A stretch of DNA of 13,975 bases from a virus. The translations under genes and the position numbers were made by a program. Location: the IMG/VR virus record IMGVR_UViG_3300045256_000094. One strand, given 5' to 3'. The notes under the pieces are model-generated. The model was given only the letters and a program-made list of their open reading frames with translations. It searched no databases and was not told where the DNA came from. Within the stretch, counting starts at the first letter, position 1. Each line of letters opens with the position of its first letter. Shown in pieces: positions 1 to 6,076 of this stretch.

Positions 1-832
1 CCAGGAACGGCCGCATCTTCTCCCAGGTCTTCTTGACCCCGGCGAGCGGCGGGTCTTCCTCAATCGGGGTGGCGGTGAAATAGCCTTTGAAGAAGTTCTC
101 AACGCTGTTGCCCTTCGTGTCGCCGAAGAACCAGGAGTTCAGGTGGCTCGGCACGTTCAGGGCAAGAATCTTTTCCTCAGCGTCCTGGTAACTGTACCGC
201 CCCTTGTAGCTGGCCTTGATGATCTGCTCGGCGTTGGTGATCGGCGACGTGCCGTTGTCGAACCCGTAGGTTAAGTCCGGGTTGACGTGGACGCCCAGGA
301 TTTGCTTCGCCATCAGGTAGGTGGTGAGGACTGCGGCCCGCCTACCCTCGATCTCGAACTCGACGTAGAAGTTGCCCGAGCCTCGCCCGTCCCCGGCGTG
401 CCAAAGCAGGTCGCCGCAGTACGGCAACATGCCGCAACCGACGACGTTCTTCGCCATCGCCTCGATCTTACCGAACCGGAAGTCCTTCCGGTCGTAGTTG
501 TTAAAGTCGTTGGCGCACTTCATGAACACGACGACCGGGGCGGCGAATAACTCCTGCTCCGTCGGCTTGTTCATCCGGTGCGTGTAGTTGTAGTCGTAGT
601 AGTTGGGCGAGTACCAACTGTTCGAGCGAGAGTGGATGGCGTCGTTCTTGTTGCGAACGAAGTGCCGCACGGACACCTTGATCCGCTTATCGTATTCGGT
701 CTTAAAGAACTTGTCTAAGTCCGTCGTGCCGAAGAGGTTGGCGATGGTGACGGGCTGGGCTTCGTAGAACTGGTGATTCTCGATGTTATTGATGGTCAGT
801 TCTTCGAACGTTGCAATCCTTTGTGTGGTCAT
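1..832 (-). CDS. hypothetical protein; first 277 codons only, because the gene runs off the left edge (absent from the supplied ORF track)
   Basis: Hand translation of the minus strand from ATG 832..830 (MTTQRIATFEELTINNIENHQFYEAQPVTIANLF...GVKKTWEKMRPFL) stays open down to position 2. A GGAG lies 6 nt upstream of the ATG. Codons end mostly in G/C, like the neighbouring genes. No family recognised. Confidence 0.7.
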   Translation of the reverse strand, partial: MTTQRIATFEELTINNIENHQFYEAQPVTIANLFGTTDLDKFFKTEYDKRIKVSVRHFVRNKNDAIHSRSNSWYSPNYYDYNYTHRMNKPTEQELFAAPVVVFMKCANDFNNYDRKDFRFGKIEAMAKNVVGCGMLPYCGDLLWHAGDGRGSGNFYVEFEIEGRRAAVLTTYLMAKQILGVHVNPDLTYGFDNGTSPITNAEQIIKASYKGRYSYQDAEEKILALNVPSHLNSWFFGDTKGNSVENFFKGYFTATPIEEDPPLAGVKKTWEKMRPFL

Positions 833-865
833 AGTATTCTCCGTTGTCGTTCATGACATCGGGAG

Positions 866-874
866 ATTCTATCA
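866..874 (-). promoter_or_regulatory. putative extended -10 promoter (TGATAGAAT) for the 1..832 gene
   Basis: The minus strand reads TGATAGAAT, with 33 nt between the motif and ATG 832. The TGnTAGAAT form recurs at 4507..4515 and (as TGCTAGATT) at 3229..3237. The -35 position reads only TTCCCC. Confidence 0.35.
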
Positions 875-910
875 AAAACTTGAGGCCGGGGGAAGTTTAA
901 TCCCCCGGCC
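873..910 (-). terminator. putative intrinsic terminator after the 937..1665 gene
   Basis: A 10-bp GC-rich stem (884..893 ggccggggga pairs with 901..910 tcccccggcc) has a 7-nt loop. On the minus strand it is followed by TCAAGTTTTTG, so the U-tract is displaced about 5 nt from the stem, which weakens the call. Confidence 0.55.
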
Positions 911-936
911 CCTCGTTGTTTAACTTCACCAGCCGG

Positions 937-1665
937 TCAGATCATGCTGACCTGGAACGGCTCGATGGTCCGCCCCCGGTAGAAGGTGAAGTATTTGTTC
1001 TCGTCGTTCATCTCGATGTCGAGGAACTGTTCGAACTCCTGCTTGGTACGGTCGTCGGTGGTCAGGCGGGAGAAGTCCCAATACCAGACCTGCCGGTGCG
1101 TCAGTTCGTTCTCCGTGACCTTGCCGTCCCCGTTCTCGTCCCGCATGGACGTGACCGTGGCCCCGTAGGCGTCTTTGGCGTCGTTCTTCCGCCAGAACTT
1201 CCACGGCTCGGGAAGCTTGTTGCCGTCGTCGTCCTCGTTGATCCAGAACTCGCCGGACGGGTCGCCCAGAATCTTCTCGTGGAAGTGCTGGTCGTACTCC
1301 ATCTCGTAGTAGAGCTTGTACATGCGGAACTCGAACCCGCCCTCCACGTCGTCGTTCGGGATCGCCCGTAGCCGAAGCCGGAGGGGCTTGGACGAGCCGA
1401 GCAGGACGCCCCGCAGGCAGTAGTCGGTGGAGAAGAACTTCTTCCGGCCGACTTCCGTCTGGTAGACCTCGATCTTGTCCACGAAGAAGTTGATCCCGCT
1501 GAACTCCAGGTCGCTGCTGATCGAGACGCTGACCCCGATCTTAGCCTTCAGCGGGTTGTGGTACTCGAACTCCGTCGGGCCGATGACCCGCTTGTTCTTC
1601 CCCGTGAGAATCTGCCACAGCGTCCGACCCTTGCCGTCCGCACTGACCACTTTCCCTTCGGCCAT
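937..1665 (-). CDS. hypothetical protein (242 aa) with one canonical EF-hand-type calcium-binding loop
   Basis: Start trimmed to ATG 1665 (MAEGKVVSADGKG...), which is preceded by AAGGAG with a 6-nt spacer. Codons end strongly in G/C from this ATG onward. The loop DENGDGKVTENE is at 1105..1140. The longer track ORF (to 1791) adds an Arg/Thr/Pro-rich N-extension with no ribosome-binding site. Confidence 0.8.
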   Translation of the reverse strand: MAEGKVVSADGKGRTLWQILTGKNKRVIGPTEFEYHNPLKAKIGVSVSISSDLEFSGINFFVDKIEVYQTEVGRKKFFSTDYCLRGVLLGSSKPLRLRLRAIPNDDVEGGFEFRMYKLYYEMEYDQHFHEKILGDPSGEFWINEDDDGNKLPEPWKFWRKNDAKDAYGATVTSMRDENGDGKVTENELTHRQVWYWDFSRLTTDDRTKQEFEQFLDIEMNDENKYFTFYRGRTIEPFQVSMI

Positions 1666-2044
1666 TTTCGTCTCCTTCACTGAGTATGAGTCGCTTGAGC
1701 CAGTTGGTGTGCTTACCCCAGGATTTCCACACGCCTTTGGGATCACGGGTGTGCTTCGGCCGGTAAGCAAAGCCGTCGTTCCACGTCGCACAGACGATGA
1801 TCCCTGTTTGCTCCCGGAACCACTGCTCGAAGAGAGTTATCAGCAGTCCCGGCTTCCCAACACGGTATTCGTTGAACCCGGCCTCGTCTTGCAGCACATC
1901 CTCCGGTTCCCGAAGAAAGGGTGGTTGTGGGATGGCGTCTTCGTATTCGGCCCGGCGAGCGTAGTAGTTACTCAGACACTCGACCGTGACCAGATACTCG
2001 ACCCCATCAATCACCCTCGCTTCGGGAACCGGAGAAGGCGTCAT
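1541..2044 (-). CDS. hypothetical protein (167 aa); its 3' end overlaps the next gene by 125 nt
   Basis: ATG 2044 is preceded by GGGAG (5-nt spacer) and lies 1 nt after the stop of the upstream gene. The N-terminal two thirds have G/C-ending codons. The last ~41 codons lie out of frame inside the 937..1665 gene. Confidence 0.65.
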   Translation of the reverse strand: MTPSPVPEARVIDGVEYLVTVECLSNYYARRAEYEDAIPQPPFLREPEDVLQDEAGFNEYRVGKPGLLITLFEQWFREQTGIIVCATWNDGFAYRPKHTRDPKGVWKSWGKHTNWLKRLILSEGDENGRRESGQCGRQGSDAVADSHGEEQAGHRPDGVRVPQPAEG

Positions 2045-2045
2045 G

Positions 2046-3197
2046 TTAGCTCCCGATGCGTTTGACGAAGATCACGTTGAACAGGAAGATCGCCCCGATG
2101 ATAACAACGACCCCGAGGCAAATCCAGCCCAAGATGCTCCACGCCACGCCACCACCGCCGCTCCCGGTCGCCGGGCCGGACGTGTGGACGACCCGCACGT
2201 TCGGATTGTACACAGACTCGATGTAGTCCTGGTCGTACATCAGGGTCGGGTTGTCGTTGAACTCCGGGTCAACGTAGCCGGGGTTCCGGGCGTAGTTCTG
2301 CCGCTCCAGGGCGGCGATCCGGGCACGCACTTCGCCGTCTTGCAGCCCCCGCTCGTAGGCCGCTTGGTCAATGTTGTAGCGGTTGTGGTAGAACCAGTAC
2401 GCCCGCCGCTCCGCACTCCACTCCATCATCATGTACCAGAACGGGCTGCTGTACCCGCCACCGACGAAGATCACCGGCTGACTCTGGTAGTAGCTGTACG
2501 GGTGGCTGTAGTGGTAGTGGTGAACGTGCTTCACCGTGTAGTTGTACCGAACCTCCGGGTCCAGATCACGGCTCGGCCGGTTGCGAATCGTCTCGACGGA
2601 CGGAGCCTTCGGGTCAATCTTCACTTCCTTACCGTCCGGTGCCTTGTAGCTCGGCCGGGGCGGTGCCGTGGCCTTCGCCGTCTCCTCGTAGGTCCGCTTG
2701 CTGGCCTCTTCCCGGTTGGCCCGAGCCTTCTCGTCGTTGCTGTTCGTACCGGGCCGCTTGCTGCTGCCCGGAGGCGAAGACGGCGGCGGCGCACCCGCAC
2801 TCGGCGAACCGAACTTGCCCTTGTTGTCGTCCTTCTTGTCATCCGGCTTCTTGCTGTCGCCGCCACCACTGTTCGGCGAACCGAACTTGCCGCCACTCGG
2901 AGGCGGGGTCGTGGGTTGCTTCGGCGGATCGGCGGGCTTCTTACTGTCGCCCCCGCTGTTCGGCGAGCCGAACTTGCCGCCACTCGGAGGCGGGGTCGTG
3001 GGTTGCTTCGGCGGGTCAGGCTTCTGGCTGCTGCTACTGCCCGGCGAGCCGAACTTGCTACCGCTACCGCCGCTGCTGGCCGGAGGCGGTGAGCTTTGCC
3101 CGCCCGGCTTTTTGCTTCCGCTCTGGGCATCGGCGTAGCCGCCCAGCATCGCCATGCAGCCCATCAGGGCGATGCACAGTCCGATCCGTCGTAACAT
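2046..3197 (-). CDS. envelope protein (383 aa): signal peptide, Pro/Gly/Ser/Lys-rich tandem repeats, Tyr/His/Trp-rich domain, C-terminal TM anchor
   Basis: ATG 3197 is preceded by GGAGG with a 6-nt spacer. The N-terminus MLRRIGLCIALMGCMAMLGGYADA-QSG looks like a Sec signal peptide. There are four KFGSP-anchored repeats. The C-terminus WSILGWICLGVVVIIGAIFLFNVIF-VKRIGS is a hydrophobic helix. Confidence 0.85.
   Translation of the reverse strand: MLRRIGLCIALMGCMAMLGGYADAQSGSKKPGGQSSPPPASSGGSGSKFGSPGSSSSQKPDPPKQPTTPPPSGGKFGSPNSGGDSKKPADPPKQPTTPPPSGGKFGSPNSGGGDSKKPDDKKDDNKGKFGSPSAGAPPPSSPPGSSKRPGTNSNDEKARANREEASKRTYEETAKATAPPRPSYKAPDGKEVKIDPKAPSVETIRNRPSRDLDPEVRYNYTVKHVHHYHYSHPYSYYQSQPVIFVGGGYSSPFWYMMMEWSAERRAYWFYHNRYNIDQAAYERGLQDGEVRARIAALERQNYARNPGYVDPEFNDNPTLMYDQDYIESVYNPNVRVVHTSGPATGSGGGGVAWSILGWICLGVVVIIGAIFLFNVIFVKRIGS
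2802..3056 (-). repeat. in-frame coding tandem repeat with an 87-nt (29-aa) unit
   Basis: 2869..2927 and 2956..3014 are identical except for 1 mismatch in 59 nt, at an offset of 87 nt. At protein level the unit is KFGSPNSGGDSKKPADPPKQPTTPPPSGG, with diverged flanking copies. KFGSP occurs at residues 48, 75, 104 and 128. Confidence 0.9.
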
Positions 3198-3228
3198 GTG
3201 TTACCTCCGTTGTTGGTCATCACTTCTT

Positions 3229-3237
3229 AATCTAGCA
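3229..3237 (-). promoter_or_regulatory. putative extended -10 promoter (TGCTAGATT) for the 2046..3197 gene
   Basis: The minus strand reads TGCTAGATT, with 31 nt between the motif and ATG 3197. It forms one arm of the 8-bp inverted repeat 3229..3236 / 3253..3260. No aligned -35 element. Confidence 0.35.
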
Positions 3238-3253
3238 AGACGGAACAGTCAAG

Positions 3254-4480
3254 CTAGATTCGTTCCAAGCGAAACATGCCGAGTTTCCACATTGCATTTT
3301 GCAACGTGATAAGGGCTGTGGCGATGGCGTACTTGAACCCTCGGCGACCACCTTGAATCCGCTCCCGCTCGTAAGCCGACCCCATGAGACGGGCAAGCTC
3401 GTGACAGTAGTTCGCCAGCCCGGCCACATCCTTTGACTCGACGGCGTGTTTCCACCAGTAGGTCAGGTACGAGGACATCCCGAGTAACTTCACGTCGTCG
3501 TCGGTCAGGTCGAGCGGAGCATTCGGCGTATCGGTCATGCCGTGGCAAGCCGACTGCACACGAGTCTCGGTGTAGGTAATGTACATCCCCGGCGAGTCCA
3601 CCTTCGTCCACTTTTTGACTTCAAACTTCACGTCTGAAGACCGGCTCACGGACAACAGGTTCCAAGCCAGGACGTTCCACGCCAGCTTGCGGCGTTCGGT
3701 CGGCGACTCGATGGGCGGGTCGAACCCGTCCTCGATCATCCGCATGGCGTCGTCTGCACTGAGGGCAGTGCCCTCACGAGACTTCATCTTCTTCCCATCG
3801 TCCCCCAGGACGAGGCCCATAGGTAGATGATACCGCTCCAAGCCCAGGTTGTAAAAGTGTTCCTTCTGCTCCATGCCGGTAACGTACCACAACTCCCCCT
3901 CCACCATCTTGCGGAAGGCAAGGTCGTAGTAGGCGTAAAGCGGACTCCCGTCCGCCCGCTTTAGGATCACTGGCGTGGAGGGGTGGGCGTCGTCCCACAT
4001 CCACGGCTGCTCGTGTTCTTCGAGTAGAGGACTGCCCTCTTCCTGATACGTCCGGCGATGGCACGGCACGATGTCGTCCGGCATCAGCACGTCGTAGTAA
4101 AGCTTCGGCTTATAGCCGACGAAATTACACCACCGCTCGAAGCCGGTCAGGGCGAAGCTCTTTACACCGAGCGATGCCCCCAACAGAGCAACCGGCTGGG
4201 AATACGGCAACACTCGTGAGAGCGAGTGGGCCACGGCGAGGTTCCGCAGGTGCCCGACGTGGAGAGCCTTGTTCAAATTTGGACTGAAACCGTCGATCAG
4301 CATCCCCGCACCGGGGTTGGTCGGTGCGGCCTCGGGCCACCGATAGTTTTCCGCAGTGAAGTGGTAGTTGTGGAACCACTTCTGAGGATCGTGGCGGTAG
4401 CCCTTCGCACCCTCAAGCGGCTGGTTCGTGGTCACGCCGAAACCGTGCTTCGTCGGCATCGGGCGTAGCTTCGACTCCAT
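3254..4480 (-). CDS. arginyl-tRNA synthetase-like class I aaRS paralog (408 aa), lacking the canonical N-terminal domain
   Basis: ATG 4480 is preceded by AGGAG with an 8-nt spacer. The HIGH motif sits in ArgRS context (FSPNLNKALHVGHLRN). Other ArgRS-like blocks are ILKRADGSPLYAYYDLAF, LWYVTGMEQKEHF and GDDGKKMKSREGTAL (the KMSKS/MSTR position). The helical C-terminus ending LGMFRLERI resembles the DALR anticodon-binding domain. Confidence 0.85.
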   Translation of the reverse strand: MESKLRPMPTKHGFGVTTNQPLEGAKGYRHDPQKWFHNYHFTAENYRWPEAAPTNPGAGMLIDGFSPNLNKALHVGHLRNLAVAHSLSRVLPYSQPVALLGASLGVKSFALTGFERWCNFVGYKPKLYYDVLMPDDIVPCHRRTYQEEGSPLLEEHEQPWMWDDAHPSTPVILKRADGSPLYAYYDLAFRKMVEGELWYVTGMEQKEHFYNLGLERYHLPMGLVLGDDGKKMKSREGTALSADDAMRMIEDGFDPPIESPTERRKLAWNVLAWNLLSVSRSSDVKFEVKKWTKVDSPGMYITYTETRVQSACHGMTDTPNAPLDLTDDDVKLLGMSSYLTYWWKHAVESKDVAGLANYCHELARLMGSAYERERIQGGRRGFKYAIATALITLQNAMWKLGMFRLERI

Positions 4481-4506
4481 CGGCGGTTCTCCTCTCAGGT
4501 TTAGGC

Positions 4507-4535
4507 ATTCTACCAGGGAAGAAACCCTCTGTAAA
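4507..4535 (-). promoter_or_regulatory. sigma70-like promoter for the ArgRS-like gene
   Basis: Minus strand: -35 TTTACA (4530..4535), 17-nt spacer, extended -10 TGGTAGAAT (4507..4515), about 26 nt upstream of ATG 4480. The interval is locally AT-rich. Confidence 0.55.
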
Positions 4536-4538
4536 GCG

Positions 4539-4567
4539 TTGCCCAGGAAGGAGTTTTTTGTTACAAT
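4539..4567 (+). promoter_or_regulatory. sigma70-like promoter for the helicase gene
   Basis: Plus strand: -35 TTGCCC (4539..4544), 17-nt spacer, extended -10 TGTTACAAT (4559..4567). An AAGGAAG ribosome-binding site lies 8 nt before ATG 4601. Confidence 0.5.
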
Positions 4568-4600
4568 ACGCTAGATAAATAGAGCAAGGAAGCTCGCACC

Positions 4601-6076
4601 ATGACAGATGTTAAGAATGTAATCAAGATAGAGAACGTCTACAGTTGGCTAATCACGGAGAACATGGGCCTCCGGGAAACGCTTTGTAAGGCTCTCAAAG
4701 TCCCCGCCAAGAACTACTGGCATTCTACCGCATACAAACGCAAGATTTGGGACGGACACATCGAGTTCTTTAAGAAGAACTCGGGCATGTTCTACTCCGG
4801 GCTTCTCCCCGAAGTCTGCGGCATCCTCTCGCACCTTAACGAACCCTACACCATCGCCGACCACCGAGGGGCGATCCAGTGGGGGCAAAAGGTCGTTGAC
4901 GAGAACTTCCTTCAGCAGTTCCAGAAGAAGGGCAGCAAGCCGCTCACCCTCTACGACTACCAAGTGGAGTACGTCAACCTCGCCCTGAAGTACGGCCGGG
5001 GCGTCATCACCGCCCCCACGGGTGCCGGTAAGACGAACGTCCTGATCTCGATCCTGAAGTGCCTGCCGCCCAAGACGCCGGTCCTCTTCATGACGAAGGG
5101 TGCGGGTCTGGTCGATCAGAACTACGCCGAGATGCTTCAGTGGGGCGTGCCGAACCTGGGCCGCTACTACGGGAAGTACAAAGAGCCGAACTACGTCATG
5201 TGCTGCACCATCCACCAGGACACGCTCAAGAGCATCGACAAGCTCTTGCCGAAGTTCAAGGTGCTGATCGTGGACGAGGTTCACGAAGCCATGAGCGACA
5301 CGCCCATCGCCGCCTACAAGAAGATGAAGGAGGCGACGTACCGCTTCGGGTTCTCGGCCACCCCGTTCAAGTACACGTCGAAGGACAACAAGGGCAACGA
5401 GATTTCGAAAGATAAGGAACACAAGTACAACGTCAAGGCTCACTTCGGGGCCAACTTCAAGCTGTCCTGCACGCCGTCGGGCAAGCTGACGACGAAAGAC
5501 TTGCAGGAGCGGGGCATCCTGTCGCCGAGCCGCTGCACGATTTACCCGATCAACGAGCCGGACAACATCCAGCACGAGCCGTATGGGGACGCTGTTACTC
5601 TTGGCATCTCCAACAACATGTACTTCCACCAAGTCATCATGCGACTGGCCCGGAAGCTGGAGGGGCGCACCCTCATCATGGTGGAACGGATCGACCAGGG
5701 GAACTACCTCAAGTCCCTGATCCCCGAGGCACACTGGATCAAGGGCGACGTGGCGGTTGGCGACCGGGCCACGATCTTCGGCGAGTTGAAGTACAGCGGT
5801 GAGAAGGTGATCTGTATCGCTATGCGACAGATCGTCACCGCCGGTATCAACGTGTTCGTCCACAACCTGATTAACGCATCAGGCGGCAACGCCGAACACA
5901 ACATCATTCAGCAGATGGGTCGTGGGCTGCGGTCCGCCTCAGACAAGAACGTGCTGGACTTCTACGACTTCCTGTTCACCACCAACGCCTACCTGCGTGA
6001 CCACTCCCTGAACCGCATCCGGGTTCTGGAGAGCGAGGGCCACGAGATCACCGTCAAAGAGAAGATCGACTTCTAA
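4601..6076 (+). CDS. SF2 DNA helicase, UvsW-like (DEAD/DEAH-box, ResIII-type)
   Basis: Motif I is ITAPTGAGKT, motif II LIVDEVHEA, motif III FGFSATP, motif VI QQMGRGLR. The N-terminal segment KIWDGHIEFFKKNSGMFYSGLLPEV resembles the T4 UvsW N-domain (WDGRIRLL...LPFGLV), recalled from memory. Confidence 0.9.
   Translation: MTDVKNVIKIENVYSWLITENMGLRETLCKALKVPAKNYWHSTAYKRKIWDGHIEFFKKNSGMFYSGLLPEVCGILSHLNEPYTIADHRGAIQWGQKVVDENFLQQFQKKGSKPLTLYDYQVEYVNLALKYGRGVITAPTGAGKTNVLISILKCLPPKTPVLFMTKGAGLVDQNYAEMLQWGVPNLGRYYGKYKEPNYVMCCTIHQDTLKSIDKLLPKFKVLIVDEVHEAMSDTPIAAYKKMKEATYRFGFSATPFKYTSKDNKGNEISKDKEHKYNVKAHFGANFKLSCTPSGKLTTKDLQERGILSPSRCTIYPINEPDNIQHEPYGDAVTLGISNNMYFHQVIMRLARKLEGRTLIMVERIDQGNYLKSLIPEAHWIKGDVAVGDRATIFGELKYSGEKVICIAMRQIVTAGINVFVHNLINASGGNAEHNIIQQMGRGLRSASDKNVLDFYDFLFTTNAYLRDHSLNRIRVLESEGHEITVKEKIDF

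Noticed and set aside
359-442. VGCGM ... GSGNFYVEFE in the leftmost protein resembles the RtcB RNA-ligase motifs (D-x-GCG-x and G-x-GNHF-x-E). That would have complemented the Pnkp/ArgRS theme.
   Set aside because: The two motifs are only ~17 residues apart here, against roughly 90-100 in RtcB. The His of GNHF is absent, and I could not find the other RtcB metal-binding blocks (the PDxHxG and HSGSRG motifs). I treat the resemblance as coincidental unless a profile search says otherwise.
937-1791. N-terminally extended versions of four track ORFs (937..1791, 9965..10414, 10324..11466, 11274..11801).
   Set aside because: The extensions are Arg/Gly/Pro-rich, overlap the 3' ends of the upstream genes, and lack SD sequences. 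Internal ATGs at 1665, 10324, 11271 and 11609 have SD motifs. They begin at sensible N-termini (a signal peptide, a TM helix, a P-loop strand) and give compact 1-4 nt junctions.
2802-3056. Regularly spaced repeats, considered as a possible CRISPR array or non-coding satellite.
   Set aside because: The period is 87 nt, in frame with a long ORF, with no unique spacers. The repeats encode a Pro-rich peptide unit, so this is a coding tandem repeat.
1986-3092. Long plus-strand ORF (368 aa), plus the overlapping ORFs 2621..3130 (-), 2639..3235 (+) and 2698..3138 (+).
   Set aside because: They are antisense or off-frame relative to the well-supported 2046..3197 gene. Their translations are Arg/Pro/Ala/Val-rich low-complexity strings, typical of non-coding frames in GC-rich DNA. 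They have no ribosome-binding sites.
4481-4600. Searched the largest intergenic gaps (833..936, 4481..4600, 13383..13498) for tRNA, riboswitch-like or other structured RNA genes.
   Set aside because: Each gap is at most 120 nt and is accounted for by promoter, terminator and ribosome-binding elements. No cloverleaf-compatible stems or extended conserved-looking structures were seen by eye.
4649-5863. 404-aa minus-strand ORF opposite the helicase gene.
   Set aside because: The plus-strand frame carries a complete ordered set of SF2 helicase motifs. The antisense translation is Val/Arg/Leu/Asp-rich with no recognisable motif, so it is a GC-driven shadow ORF.
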